This document shows positions 38,944 through 47,618 of a stretch of 64,000 bases of DNA, piece by piece. The notes beneath the pieces were generated by a model, which made no database searches, had not been told where the DNA came from, and saw only the letters and a program-made list of their open reading frames with translations. Every line of letters begins with the position of its first letter. Within the stretch, counting starts at the first letter, position 1. The DNA comes from Fibrobacteria bacterium (lineage in GTDB: Bacteria; Fibrobacterota; Fibrobacteria; UBA11236; JADFYW01). The DNA is taken from positions 1 through 64,000 of the forward strand of contig JBNKOC010000022.1 of assembly GCA_050294405.1 (NCBI GenBank), in the 5' to 3' direction. Position numbers and translations under genes: made by a program.

Positions 38944-40017
38944 TTATAATTTTCCTTTTTCTATCTGAGGTATGCGATCAAATCTGTTAAAAACAGAAAT
39001 CAATAAAGCCTGCCGAATAAATACGGCGCCATAGGCTTGACTAAAATAAAGATTATGGGGAGTTGAATCCATTTCTGGATCAATTTCATTGCTCCTGGCC
39101 AAAGGATGAAGAATAACAGCATCCTTTTTTAATGGGCTTTTGGAATTGATAGCAAATTGTTGCCCCAATTTTTTATAACTATCTCCCAATAAGGCAATTG
39201 AATTCATATAAATAACATCCAAATCTGAGATAACATCCATTAAATCATGGACGACTTTAATTTGGATTCCCGATGCTTTAATTTCCTTATCGATGTCACC
39301 AAATGGATCGGCCATTTCACTTACTACGGTGACTTTCTTAATATGTCTCTTAAACAATAAACCCAGCAATAAAAAGCTTTTTACAGCCCTCATGCTGGCC
39401 GGAGTTCCAATGATTCCCAAATGAAGTTTGTCATTTGGCTTTGCCGTGGAATTGTATAGAGAAGGCCTCCATTTTAATAGAGCATACCAGTCCGCCAGCG
39501 CCTGGGTGGGATGTTCCCCGGAGCCATTGCCCGCATTGATTAAAGGAACTCTCAAATTTTTTTGAATCCGCTTTATGGCATTAGTTTCTGTATGCCGCAT
39601 AACCACAGCATCCCCGTAAGCATTTAACATTTCACCGATGTCTTCAATGGACTCTCCTTTTGCTATACCTGTAACCTGGCCATCAGGTATTGACACGACC
39701 TTCCCTCCCAAACGCATAACAGAACTTTCAAAGGATAGCCTGGTTCTTGTGCTCGCTTCAAAAAAAGCTGTTATTACAATCTTGCCGTCTAATGGGTGGT
39801 AAGAAGCAATTTCCCTACCCTCTAGATAACTGGCAAATGTGCATAGGTCCTTAATAATTTCAGTCGTGAAGATTTTTGTAGATGTTATTGATTCTCCCAC
39901 TAACTTTTTCAAACTGGTAAATTCCAGGGAGTGAGCTTCAATAATTTCACTGGGATCTAAATAGGTCCCATGTGAGGACTGGCGAATTTTTTTTCGAATC
40001 AGTGTGTTTTTTTTCAT
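38944..40017 (-). CDS. aspartate-carbamoyltransferase-like protein with an altered acceptor pocket
   Basis: FFEASTRTRLSFE, KGES, MRH, HPTQAL and HPL.R are retained; YMTRVQKER is replaced by YMNSIALLG. Confidence 0.85.
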   Translation of the reverse strand: MKKNTLIRKKIRQSSHGTYLDPSEIIEAHSLEFTSLKKLVGESITSTKIFTTEIIKDLCTFASYLEGREIASYHPLDGKIVITAFFEASTRTRLSFESSVMRLGGKVVSIPDGQVTGIAKGESIEDIGEMLNAYGDAVVMRHTETNAIKRIQKNLRVPLINAGNGSGEHPTQALADWYALLKWRPSLYNSTAKPNDKLHLGIIGTPASMRAVKSFLLLGLLFKRHIKKVTVVSEMADPFGDIDKEIKASGIQIKVVHDLMDVISDLDVIYMNSIALLGDSYKKLGQQFAINSKSPLKKDAVILHPLARSNEIDPEMDSTPHNLYFSQAYGAVFIRQALLISVFNRFDRIPQIEKGKL

Positions 40018-40019
40018 AA

Positions 40020-40142
40020 TTACCAGAGGTTTTTTTGTTTTAAATCTTTTTTATAAATAAAGAGCAAATATATGAGGCTCATCAAGGTCAGCAATATGGA
40101 ACCTATTATCAAAACTTCAAAACTCCAAAGGGGAAACTTCAT
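40020..40142 (-). CDS. 40-aa single-TM membrane peptide, absent from the ORF track
   Basis: MKFPLWSFEVLIIGSILLTLMSLIYLLFIYKKDLKQKNLW fills the gap between the symporter stop (40151) and the carbamoyltransferase start (40017). Confidence 0.7.
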   Translation of the reverse strand: MKFPLWSFEVLIIGSILLTLMSLIYLLFIYKKDLKQKNLW

Positions 40143-40150
40143 AAAAATAC

Positions 40151-41575
40151 CTAGTGTTTTTCGTTCAACTCACTCCATTGAAAACTTGTACGGCTTAAAA
40201 GCGTGCCCGCAAACACAATTATCATGGAAACAATTGTTCCAATGAGAGAGGCGGTATACCATCCCAATTGGAAGTAAGCCCACAAACCGCTCAAAGAGCC
40301 TATTAACATGGCGATTGCAGCAGTTGCCCCATTGGCTTTTTTCCAATAAAGCCCAGCTAAAATAGGCCAGATAGCGCTACCCACCAGTGGACCTGCAAAA
40401 AACAAGACAGTGGCAAGTGTGCCAACTCTGGGAACACAAGCGACCCAGGTTAAAATGCCAAGAGTTAAAATAATTATGGCTGAAACCTTCCGGAGCTGGG
40501 CTTCACTTGCCCTGGGATTAAATATTTTTTTATAGAAGTCTTCGGTGATTAAATCGGATGTGGCCGCCAAAAGAGAATCAATGCTGGAAGCTAAAGAACA
40601 AAATACCACGATAAAAATTAAAATCGCGCCGTACTTTCCCAAGGCATGGGCCGCAACCATGGGCCCCACCATATCGGGACGAACCACGTTAATATCAAAC
40701 ATCCCACTTGAAAGAGCGATAAAACCCGCAGCAATTGGAATTGGAAGCCATATTATTCCAGCTAAAGTATAGGCTTTTTTTCCAATGCCCTCTCTCATAG
40801 CAAAAGCGCGAGACCACCAAACATTGCTGTGGAAAATTTCCCCAAGGCCAAATAGTAAGTTGTTGAATATGGCCATTATGGCTGCGGGAAACAGCATATC
40901 CAGCAGAGCGGGCCGCCGTTCAGAAACATTGGCATAAATATCAGATATATCTGCATGCATAAGTATGGCCACGGCTACTACTACAATTCCTGCTAATATT
41001 ATGATAGTTTGAATAAAATCGGTTCCTATCACAGCATACAATCCGCCGAATAAAGTATAGCCCACGCATACTATTAAAATTACAGTCATGCCGTATTCAT
41101 AAGGAATACCCGACAGAGCCTCAAGAAGAGCGCCGCCGGCCATGCCCATGCTAATAAGCCAGGTTAAGGAATAAAAGACGGAAATCACCAGGAACAAGTA
41201 CCATGAAGGTTTTCCATATCGAAGTCTGATAAAATCTCCACTGGTAAAACCGTTGGGCATTAACAGTCGAATACGTTTAGCTAAAGGTGCAAACAGAAAA
41301 AGCCCTAAACTTGCAGTTGAATAGGCTACCATTCCCCACACGCCCATTTGAAAGGCGAATTGGGGGGCTAACATCGTGGTATTGGATGTTATCCAGGTTG
41401 CCACAGCAGTGGCAGTGCCCAAAGCCAGGCCCACATTCCTACCAGCAAGCATGAACCCATCCAGCGATTTAGCTTTTTTACCCCAAAAATACCCCAGATA
41501 TACCCACAAAATTCCAAAGATGGCAAGCAATATCCAGCCGATTGAAGGGGACAGGATTGCAGATTCTGTGCTCAT
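40151..41575 (-). CDS. sodium:solute symporter (DUR3/PutP-like)
   Basis: About 13 TM helices; FMLAGR, YTLFGGL.AV..TDF.Q and SLASS.DS.L motifs; GGAG RBS. Confidence 0.92.
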   Translation of the reverse strand: MSTESAILSPSIGWILLAIFGILWVYLGYFWGKKAKSLDGFMLAGRNVGLALGTATAVATWITSNTTMLAPQFAFQMGVWGMVAYSTASLGLFLFAPLAKRIRLLMPNGFTSGDFIRLRYGKPSWYLFLVISVFYSLTWLISMGMAGGALLEALSGIPYEYGMTVILIVCVGYTLFGGLYAVIGTDFIQTIIILAGIVVVAVAILMHADISDIYANVSERRPALLDMLFPAAIMAIFNNLLFGLGEIFHSNVWWSRAFAMREGIGKKAYTLAGIIWLPIPIAAGFIALSSGMFDINVVRPDMVGPMVAAHALGKYGAILIFIVVFCSLASSIDSLLAATSDLITEDFYKKIFNPRASEAQLRKVSAIIILTLGILTWVACVPRVGTLATVLFFAGPLVGSAIWPILAGLYWKKANGATAAIAMLIGSLSGLWAYFQLGWYTASLIGTIVSMIIVFAGTLLSRTSFQWSELNEKH

Positions 41576-42036
41576 GCAATTTCCTCCTTTTTATCAGCGC
41601 CCTTAATAATTACAAATAGAATTGCTCCAAAAGCTATGGCCCCAGTAAAAAAGAACCCAAAGGCGGTATGCAAATTGTGATGTTTCACTTTTATTTCTTT
41701 TGTAGCTGAGCATAACCTTTCACTTTCACTCGCGGTTTTTATTTCACCACAAAGACGGAAATAATAATCGCCATTTTTAAGCCCAGAAATAAAATGCCCC
41801 ATATCCGGGCCTTGATACAATATTTGAAAATCTGAAAAACCTGGAGTTGTGGCCATTTCCAGCTTATAGCTTTCCATTTTTTCGAATGGGGTCCAATTTA
41901 GGGAGAAGTAGCCTGAATTGCTTAAATCTGCACTGGAAATCAGTTCCAGTTTACGACTATGAGAGTCGGTTGTGTTTTCCTGGGCAAAATTTTGGGTAAC
42001 AAAAAACAGTAATATGAGAATAACTCGATAATACAG
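41572..42036 (-). CDS. signal peptide + Fn3-like domain + C-terminal TM protein (CTG start, 154 aa)
   Basis: The ORF stays open 53 codons upstream of the track's ATG (41877) to a CTG 6 nt after GGAGG. The extension encodes a signal peptide and GYFSLNW. The Fn3-like signature is SGLKNGDYYFRL. ATGA overlap with the symporter gene. Confidence 0.7.
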   Translation of the reverse strand: MYYRVILILLFFVTQNFAQENTTDSHSRKLELISSADLSNSGYFSLNWTPFEKMESYKLEMATTPGFSDFQILYQGPDMGHFISGLKNGDYYFRLCGEIKTASESERLCSATKEIKVKHHNLHTAFGFFFTGAIAFGAILFVIIKGADKKEEIA

Positions 42037-42164
42037 GGGGATCCTCCAAAGAGATTAGCTTTTGATTATCCATAAAACTAATAAATTTCCCGCAAGAATG
42101 AAAGAACTAATTGGATATAGTTTCCCATACGAATTAATATTCGATTTTATTATTGGATATTAAT

Positions 42165-42665
42165 TCAAACAATATTATTTAATTTGCGAACCCTGTGCAT
42201 TCTGCGCCAGATTTTTTTATAGCTCTTAAAGCTATACTCTTCAATTTCCAGTTGGATTTGGTCGTCTTCCGAAAACACCTCTTTAAGCGCAAATAATCTG
42301 CCATTTCCTTCGAAAGAAATATAATTCCCGCTGCCATCTGCAACAGATTTTATCCAAGATACGGACGGCAAATATTTAGCCAATATTTCTCTGGTCAGGA
42401 CTTTTTTTTCCAGCAAATCCAGTTTATGTGTTCGCAACATATTTATGCGTTTCTGAAGTGATTCTAAAGCGTTAGGTCTATCAATAACATGAATAGGATA
42501 AATTTTATGCAAAGGAACGATTATAAACTTTGTTCCGATTTTTTTCCGATGGATATCCAAAACCACCTTAGCCAGCAAAGCATCTTTGATACCTAAATCT
42601 TTAGCTTCACTTCGTTTTCCAAGTATGTATTTAAAAAAGGATAATATCTTATGTAAAATTGGCAT
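42165..42665 (-). CDS. hypothetical protein with a ParB/Srx-like EGNGR motif
   Basis: 166-aa ORF with GAG RBS; YISFEGNGRLFALK resembles the ParB N-terminal (D/E)GxxR motif. Confidence 0.6.
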   Translation of the reverse strand: MPILHKILSFFKYILGKRSEAKDLGIKDALLAKVVLDIHRKKIGTKFIIVPLHKIYPIHVIDRPNALESLQKRINMLRTHKLDLLEKKVLTREILAKYLPSVSWIKSVADGSGNYISFEGNGRLFALKEVFSEDDQIQLEIEEYSFKSYKKIWRRMHRVRKLNNIV

Positions 42666-42678
42666 ATTCTCTTTAAAG

Positions 42679-43968
42679 CTAATTAATTACCTGATTGCTT
42701 AAATCCAAAAGTTTTTGATTCAATAGTTTTTTTTCGAGTTTGGATTGAGTTAACTTTTCCGCCTTTTTTAAGTGGGTTATGGCATTGTTGATATCACCAA
42801 GCCGTACAAAAATTTCGGATTCTAACGCATGATATAAATAATATGAGTCCAATAATTTATTATCTGATATTTTTTGCAATTCCTCTTTTGCTTTTTCTGC
42901 TCCGTTATATTCTAAAATTGCGGCGCATTTATTCAATTCTATCAACACAGACGGGGAAACTTTACCAAGCAATTCATAATATTCAATTATCTTTTGCCAA
43001 TTCGTTTCTGAGTAATTTTTAGCTTTACAATGTTCATAGGCAATTGCAGCTTCAATATGGTATACGCTGAGTTCTTCACCGGAAGCAGATTTATTCAGAT
43101 ATTCCATCCCCATAGTGATTAACCTTGTATCCCAATCATCTCTATTTTGTTGAGCCAATAGTACCAAATCCCCCCGTGAACTGATTCGCGAATCCAACCT
43201 TGCGCTGTGAAAAAGAACCAAAGCCATTAAAGCAGAGGCCTCCGGACTTTTAGTCAATGGATTATCCAACAAAACATCCAGCAACCGAATACATTGTGTT
43301 ATCAAATCTTTTCGAATTAAATCTTCAGAATGAGTGGAGTTATAACCTTCATTAAACATCAAATAAATACAGCTCAAAATTGTTTTGTTTTTTGACTTTA
43401 ATTCATTTTTACTTGGAATTTTAGGATAAATATTATTTCCTCTAAAATATTCCTTAGTTCGGTGCAATCTTTTAGATATGACTTCTTCGGAGGTTAAAAA
43501 AGTTTTGGCGATTTCTTTTGTGCTAAATCCACAAAGAGATTTCAATATAAAAGCAACTTGGTTTATGGGCGTTAACTCGGGATGGCAACAGGCATACATC
43601 ATGGCCAAAAAATCATCTTTTAGGTTTTTTGTGTCCCAAAATTTTTCCATTGTTACGCTTAAACTGTACTCGGAATTCAATAACACATGTTCAGAGTCGG
43701 AAAAATCGAAGTTGCATTCCGGTCTTTTTTTCCGGATAACATCAATAGCCTTGTTTTTCGCCACACGATAAAGCCAGGCTTTGGGGTTCTCAGGAATTCC
43801 GTGAAACTTCCAACTTTCTAAAGCCGAAAGAAGAGAGTGCTGCACTACATCCTGAGCAAGGTCATAATGTTCCAGTCCAAAAATTTTAGTCAATACAGAA
43901 ACCATTATTCCGGACTCTTTCCGGAATAAATGGTTTATTTCAGTATGGACATCGGGATATTCAGCCAA
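42679..43968 (-). CDS. ECF sigma factor with a C-terminal TPR extension (ECF42-like)
   Basis: Region 2 AWLYRVAKNKAID; CCHP.L; region 4 EIA..FL; IYLMFNEGY and Q.R..WD motifs. The start is likely the TTG at 43968 (the track gives 44010). Confidence 0.88.
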   Translation of the reverse strand: MAEYPDVHTEINHLFRKESGIMVSVLTKIFGLEHYDLAQDVVQHSLLSALESWKFHGIPENPKAWLYRVAKNKAIDVIRKKRPECNFDFSDSEHVLLNSEYSLSVTMEKFWDTKNLKDDFLAMMYACCHPELTPINQVAFILKSLCGFSTKEIAKTFLTSEEVISKRLHRTKEYFRGNNIYPKIPSKNELKSKNKTILSCIYLMFNEGYNSTHSEDLIRKDLITQCIRLLDVLLDNPLTKSPEASALMALVLFHSARLDSRISSRGDLVLLAQQNRDDWDTRLITMGMEYLNKSASGEELSVYHIEAAIAYEHCKAKNYSETNWQKIIEYYELLGKVSPSVLIELNKCAAILEYNGAEKAKEELQKISDNKLLDSYYLYHALESEIFVRLGDINNAITHLKKAEKLTQSKLEKKLLNQKLLDLSNQVIN

Positions 43969-43970
43969 CC

Positions 43971-44315
43971 CTACCCCATGGGACGGATTTCGCGAACTTC
44001 TAAGCTGCAATCATGCTCAAAGCCTGGGCAACCTTTTCCTAGTAAAACCGCTTCATCCAGGTTTTCGGCTTTCATTATTAAGTAGCCCCCCACCATTTCC
44101 TTTCCTTCTGCTAACGGGCGGTCCACAATCTTTGTTCCACTCTCAATTAAAGATTTTGCCTCCGGCATAAGTGGCTGTCCTCCCACTAAATGGCCTTTTT
44201 TAGTCAAACCTTCCATCCAGGACTGCCAATCCTGCATATGCTGCTGCATTTCCTCAGGGGATTTTTGCGCCAAAGATTCATCTCCGCCTCGGATGATATA
44301 CATAAATTCTTTCAT
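43971..44315 (-). CDS. YciI/DGPF-family protein
   Basis: W..W...L, G.PL and VD.P.AE.KE.VGGY motifs, ending EVREI; GGAG RBS. Confidence 0.9.
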   Translation of the reverse strand: MKEFMYIIRGGDESLAQKSPEEMQQHMQDWQSWMEGLTKKGHLVGGQPLMPEAKSLIESGTKIVDRPLAEGKEMVGGYLIMKAENLDEAVLLGKGCPGFEHDCSLEVREIRPMG

Positions 44316-44370
44316 AATTTGATTCTCCTAATTTTCATTTTTTAAGTTAAAAATTTGTTTCCATCCTTAA

Positions 44371-44397
44371 GACGGAATTGACCGAAATATTAGGACA
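44371..44397 (-). promoter_or_regulatory. putative ECF42-type autoregulatory promoter
   Basis: TGTCCT-N17-CGTC on the minus strand upstream of yciI; the ECF42 consensus is roughly TGTCGA...CG(A/T)C. Confidence 0.55.
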
Positions 44398-44455
44398 TTT
44401 ATTTTTATTTTTTTTAATTAAGCTAAAATGGAATAAAATGGCAGAATGGTTTATT

Positions 44456-44812
44456 TCAGGTAGCGTCCAGCAATGCATAGCCAGCGTTACCAGGAGAAAC
44501 AACAGAAATAAATTCAAGCGGTTCAACTCCTGAATTTATGGCTCCGTGCGGCTCCCCCTTCCGGGCAACCACAACATCCCCTGTTTTTATTTTCTGAATC
44601 GAACCATTGGCATCCAAAAAATAATCCCCTCTACCCTTTATAACCGTCCAACTGTCCTGGCCATATGGATGTGTATGAAGGGGAATATTTTGGCCCGGTT
44701 CCAAATGCCAGGCAACGATTACAGCATCGGAACTTTCTGTAATAACTGTCCGGATAGGCTCCAAATCCGAAACCTTCATAAAATCTGATATTGTATATAA
44801 CCGCGCTTCCAT
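44456..44812 (-). CDS. cupin-domain protein
   Basis: PGQ.IPLHTHP, W.V..G.G and GD.V....G..HG..N cupin motifs. Confidence 0.88.
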   Translation of the reverse strand: MEARLYTISDFMKVSDLEPIRTVITESSDAVIVAWHLEPGQNIPLHTHPYGQDSWTVIKGRGDYFLDANGSIQKIKTGDVVVARKGEPHGAINSGVEPLEFISVVSPGNAGYALLDAT

Positions 44813-44914
44813 AATTACCTATTAAAAATAGAATTTTGTTAGCTATTTTTGGAGTTAGGAATTTTACTCCTACCACTTCACCCATTAGTGGTAATACGAG
44901 CACCCCCTAAATCC

Positions 44915-44928
44915 TTGATCTAAATCAA
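44915..44928. promoter_or_regulatory. FNR/Crp-family box upstream of the nap operon
   Basis: Perfect TTGAT-CTAA-ATCAA. Confidence 0.8.
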
Positions 44929-45042
44929 TTTTTTGCCACAAAAATTTAGGTTTTTTGTCAATTTGTCAAAATGACAAAGATATTTTGTCAATATTTGTTG
45001 AGGAATGGGCTACATTAAAAATAAATAAAAAAAGAGACTTAA

Positions 45043-45303
45043 ATGAATTTTCAACTATCCAGTTACATTCTGCATTATAGGCCTGAGCCAAGTTTAATAC
45101 CTGAAAATTTTTTGCATCAAATTCCCGGAGTTTTTTTTGAACCAGCTACAAACCAAAATATTGGTGTCTTAATAGTTGAAGCTGAGTCAGAAGAAGAATT
45201 AGACGGCAAAATCGAATCCATTCAAAATTACCCCTGGGTAACCGGATTATTTCTTGTACACGCACAGCATGAGGGAGTACCCCCTCAAAGGAGCCACGCA
45301 TGA
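45043..45303 (+). CDS. napD: NapD chaperone
   Basis: 86 aa immediately upstream of napA (ATGA overlap); LSS, IPGV and LIVEAE ferredoxin-like pattern. Confidence 0.75.
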   Translation: MNFQLSSYILHYRPEPSLIPENFLHQIPGVFFEPATNQNIGVLIVEAESEEELDGKIESIQNYPWVTGLFLVHAQHEGVPPQRSHA

Positions 45304-47618
45304 TATCCACTAATCGCAGAAACTTTTTACGAGGAATGGCCCTTTCTTCAGGAATAGCGACTGCAGCCAGCCTTTTCCCGGGAGTAAAATTTGCCAATGC
45401 CCAGGAAAATAGCCCAAACTCTTCTGAGGGAAAAGTGACTTGGAAAAAAGCTCCCTGCAGGTTTTGCGGAGTGGGTTGCGGACTTTTAATTGGACTGGAA
45501 AAGGGAAAAGCGGTAGCCGTAAAAGGAGATCCCAGATCTCCGGTAAATAAGGGCCTTTGTTGTGTTAAAGGCTACCATTCGGTTTTGGCTCTTTATGGCA
45601 AAGACCGGCTAAAAAACGCCTGGGTTAAAAAGAATGGAAAAATGGTCCAAACCCCTATTGAAGAAGCTCTTGATCTGGTCGCAGCAAAAATGAAAGAGAC
45701 TATCAAACAACATGGAAAGGATTCCGTATCCATGTACGGCTCTGGCCAGTGGACCATTCCCGACGGATATGTGGCCAGCAAATTTATGAAGGGAGCCATA
45801 GGCACAAATAATCTGGAAGCCAATGCCAGATTATGCATGGCAAGTGCGGTTGTTGGGTTTTTAACCAGCTTCGGACTGGATGAACCCATGGGTTGTTATG
45901 AAGATATCGACCATGCAGATGTTTTTATTACCTGGGGCAACAACATGGCCGAAATGCACCCGGTTTTGTTTTCCAGAATATTAGAACAAAAACAAAACCG
46001 CAAAGTCAAACTCATTGACTTTGCCACCAGACACACCCGTACCAGCTTAGCTGCCGATAAATCCATACTATTTAAACCTCAAACAGACTTGGCCGTAGCC
46101 AATGCCATTTGCTATGAAATTTTAGCCAATGGCTGGGAAAATAAAGACTTTGTGGAAAAACATTGCAGCTTTAAAAAGGGAGCCTTTAACATTGGTTACG
46201 GTCTGGAAGACAAGTTTAAGTTTAAGGATAAGCCCAACCCCATAAGCCTCAACGAATACAAAGATTTTTTAAAAGATTACACACCTGAAAAAGTGGAAAA
46301 AATTTCAGGCGTTCGGGCCAAAGATATTAGATATATGGCCAAGCTATATGGCGACCCTAGTTTAAAAGTAATGTCTTTGTGGTGCATGGGAATGAACCAA
46401 CACACCCGCGGAACCTGGATAAATAATCTGGTTTACAACATCCATCTATTAGTCGGAAAAATATCCCAGCCAGGCAATAGTCCCTTTTCTTTGACGGGCC
46501 AGCCCAGCGCCTGCGGAACTGTCCGTGAAGTGGGAACCTTAACCCATAAGTTGCCCCACGGGGTAGTGATGAAACCAGAAGCACGGGCCTTAGCCGCAAA
46601 AATCTGGAAAGTGCCTGAAAGTAACATTGATCCAAAACCCACATACAACACCGTAGAAATGTTCCGCGCCCTGGATAGAGGAGACATTAAATTTATGTGG
46701 ATTCAGGTGACCAACCCTATGGTGACCATGCCCAATTTAAACCGCTACCGCAATGGTTCACTAAAAGACGACCGCTTTATTGTAGTATCGGATGTGTATC
46801 CGACCCCCACTACAGCTGTTGCAGATGTTATTCTCCCCAGCGCCATGTGGATTGAAAGAGAAGGTATGTATGGAAATTCCGAACGGCGTACCCAACATTT
46901 TGAAAAAATGCTGAACCCTCCGGGAGAAGCCATGAGCGATACCTGGCAAATAATTGAAGTTGCCAGACGCATGGGTTATGGAGAACTATTCCCATATAAT
47001 GAAGAACACCACATTGAGGAAATTTGGAACGAGTACCGGCAATTTCACGACAACCCCAAACACAACATGGCCCCCTATGAAGTTCTAAAAGAACGATCCG
47101 GTGTAATATGGCCCTTTGTTAATGGCCAGGAAACAAAATGGAGATACCACTCAGACAGCGATCCAGTGGCTAAAAATGGATTTGATTTTTATGGCAATGC
47201 CGATAATAGGGCAAACGTTTTTGTGCGGCCCTATGAAGCTCCGCCTGAAATGCCGGATAAAGAATATCCATTTTGGTTAAATACCGGCAGGGTAATAGAA
47301 CATTGGCATACAGGTTCCATGACCCGGCGAGTAGCAGTGCTACACCAGGCAGTGCCCCACTCTTATGTGGAAATTCACCCTAATGATGCCAAAAAACTGG
47401 GGGTAAAAAACGGGGATCAGGTTAAGTTATCCAGCCGCCGGGGAAGCCTTAATTTTCCTGCCAGTGTGGGTGGCCGGGGCCAGCCCCCAGAGGGACAGGT
47501 TTTCGTTCCCTTTTTTGATGAAAGTATGTTAGTGAACGAGTTGACTTTAGACGCCTACTGCCCCATGTCAGCACAACCCGATTACAAAAAATGCGCGGTT
47601 AAAGTGGAAAAGGCTTGA
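45300..47618 (+). CDS. napA: periplasmic nitrate reductase catalytic subunit
   Basis: Tat motif NRRNFL; CRFCGVGC...C; NARLCMASAV; MGMNQH; LTGQPSACGT; HWHTGSMTRR; C-terminal DYKKCAVK. Confidence 0.97.
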   Translation: MISTNRRNFLRGMALSSGIATAASLFPGVKFANAQENSPNSSEGKVTWKKAPCRFCGVGCGLLIGLEKGKAVAVKGDPRSPVNKGLCCVKGYHSVLALYGKDRLKNAWVKKNGKMVQTPIEEALDLVAAKMKETIKQHGKDSVSMYGSGQWTIPDGYVASKFMKGAIGTNNLEANARLCMASAVVGFLTSFGLDEPMGCYEDIDHADVFITWGNNMAEMHPVLFSRILEQKQNRKVKLIDFATRHTRTSLAADKSILFKPQTDLAVANAICYEILANGWENKDFVEKHCSFKKGAFNIGYGLEDKFKFKDKPNPISLNEYKDFLKDYTPEKVEKISGVRAKDIRYMAKLYGDPSLKVMSLWCMGMNQHTRGTWINNLVYNIHLLVGKISQPGNSPFSLTGQPSACGTVREVGTLTHKLPHGVVMKPEARALAAKIWKVPESNIDPKPTYNTVEMFRALDRGDIKFMWIQVTNPMVTMPNLNRYRNGSLKDDRFIVVSDVYPTPTTAVADVILPSAMWIEREGMYGNSERRTQHFEKMLNPPGEAMSDTWQIIEVARRMGYGELFPYNEEHHIEEIWNEYRQFHDNPKHNMAPYEVLKERSGVIWPFVNGQETKWRYHSDSDPVAKNGFDFYGNADNRANVFVRPYEAPPEMPDKEYPFWLNTGRVIEHWHTGSMTRRVAVLHQAVPHSYVEIHPNDAKKLGVKNGDQVKLSSRRGSLNFPASVGGRGQPPEGQVFVPFFDESMLVNELTLDAYCPMSAQPDYKKCAVKVEKA

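Noticed and set aside
38944..40017. Calling this gene canonical pyrB
   Set aside because: The aspartate side-chain ligands (R229, Q231) are missing and there is no pyrimidine-pathway context.
44631..44903. 90-aa minus-strand ORF, and the many other short track ORFs nested in or antisense to larger genes
   Set aside because: They overlap well-supported genes in other frames and have no motifs or RBS.
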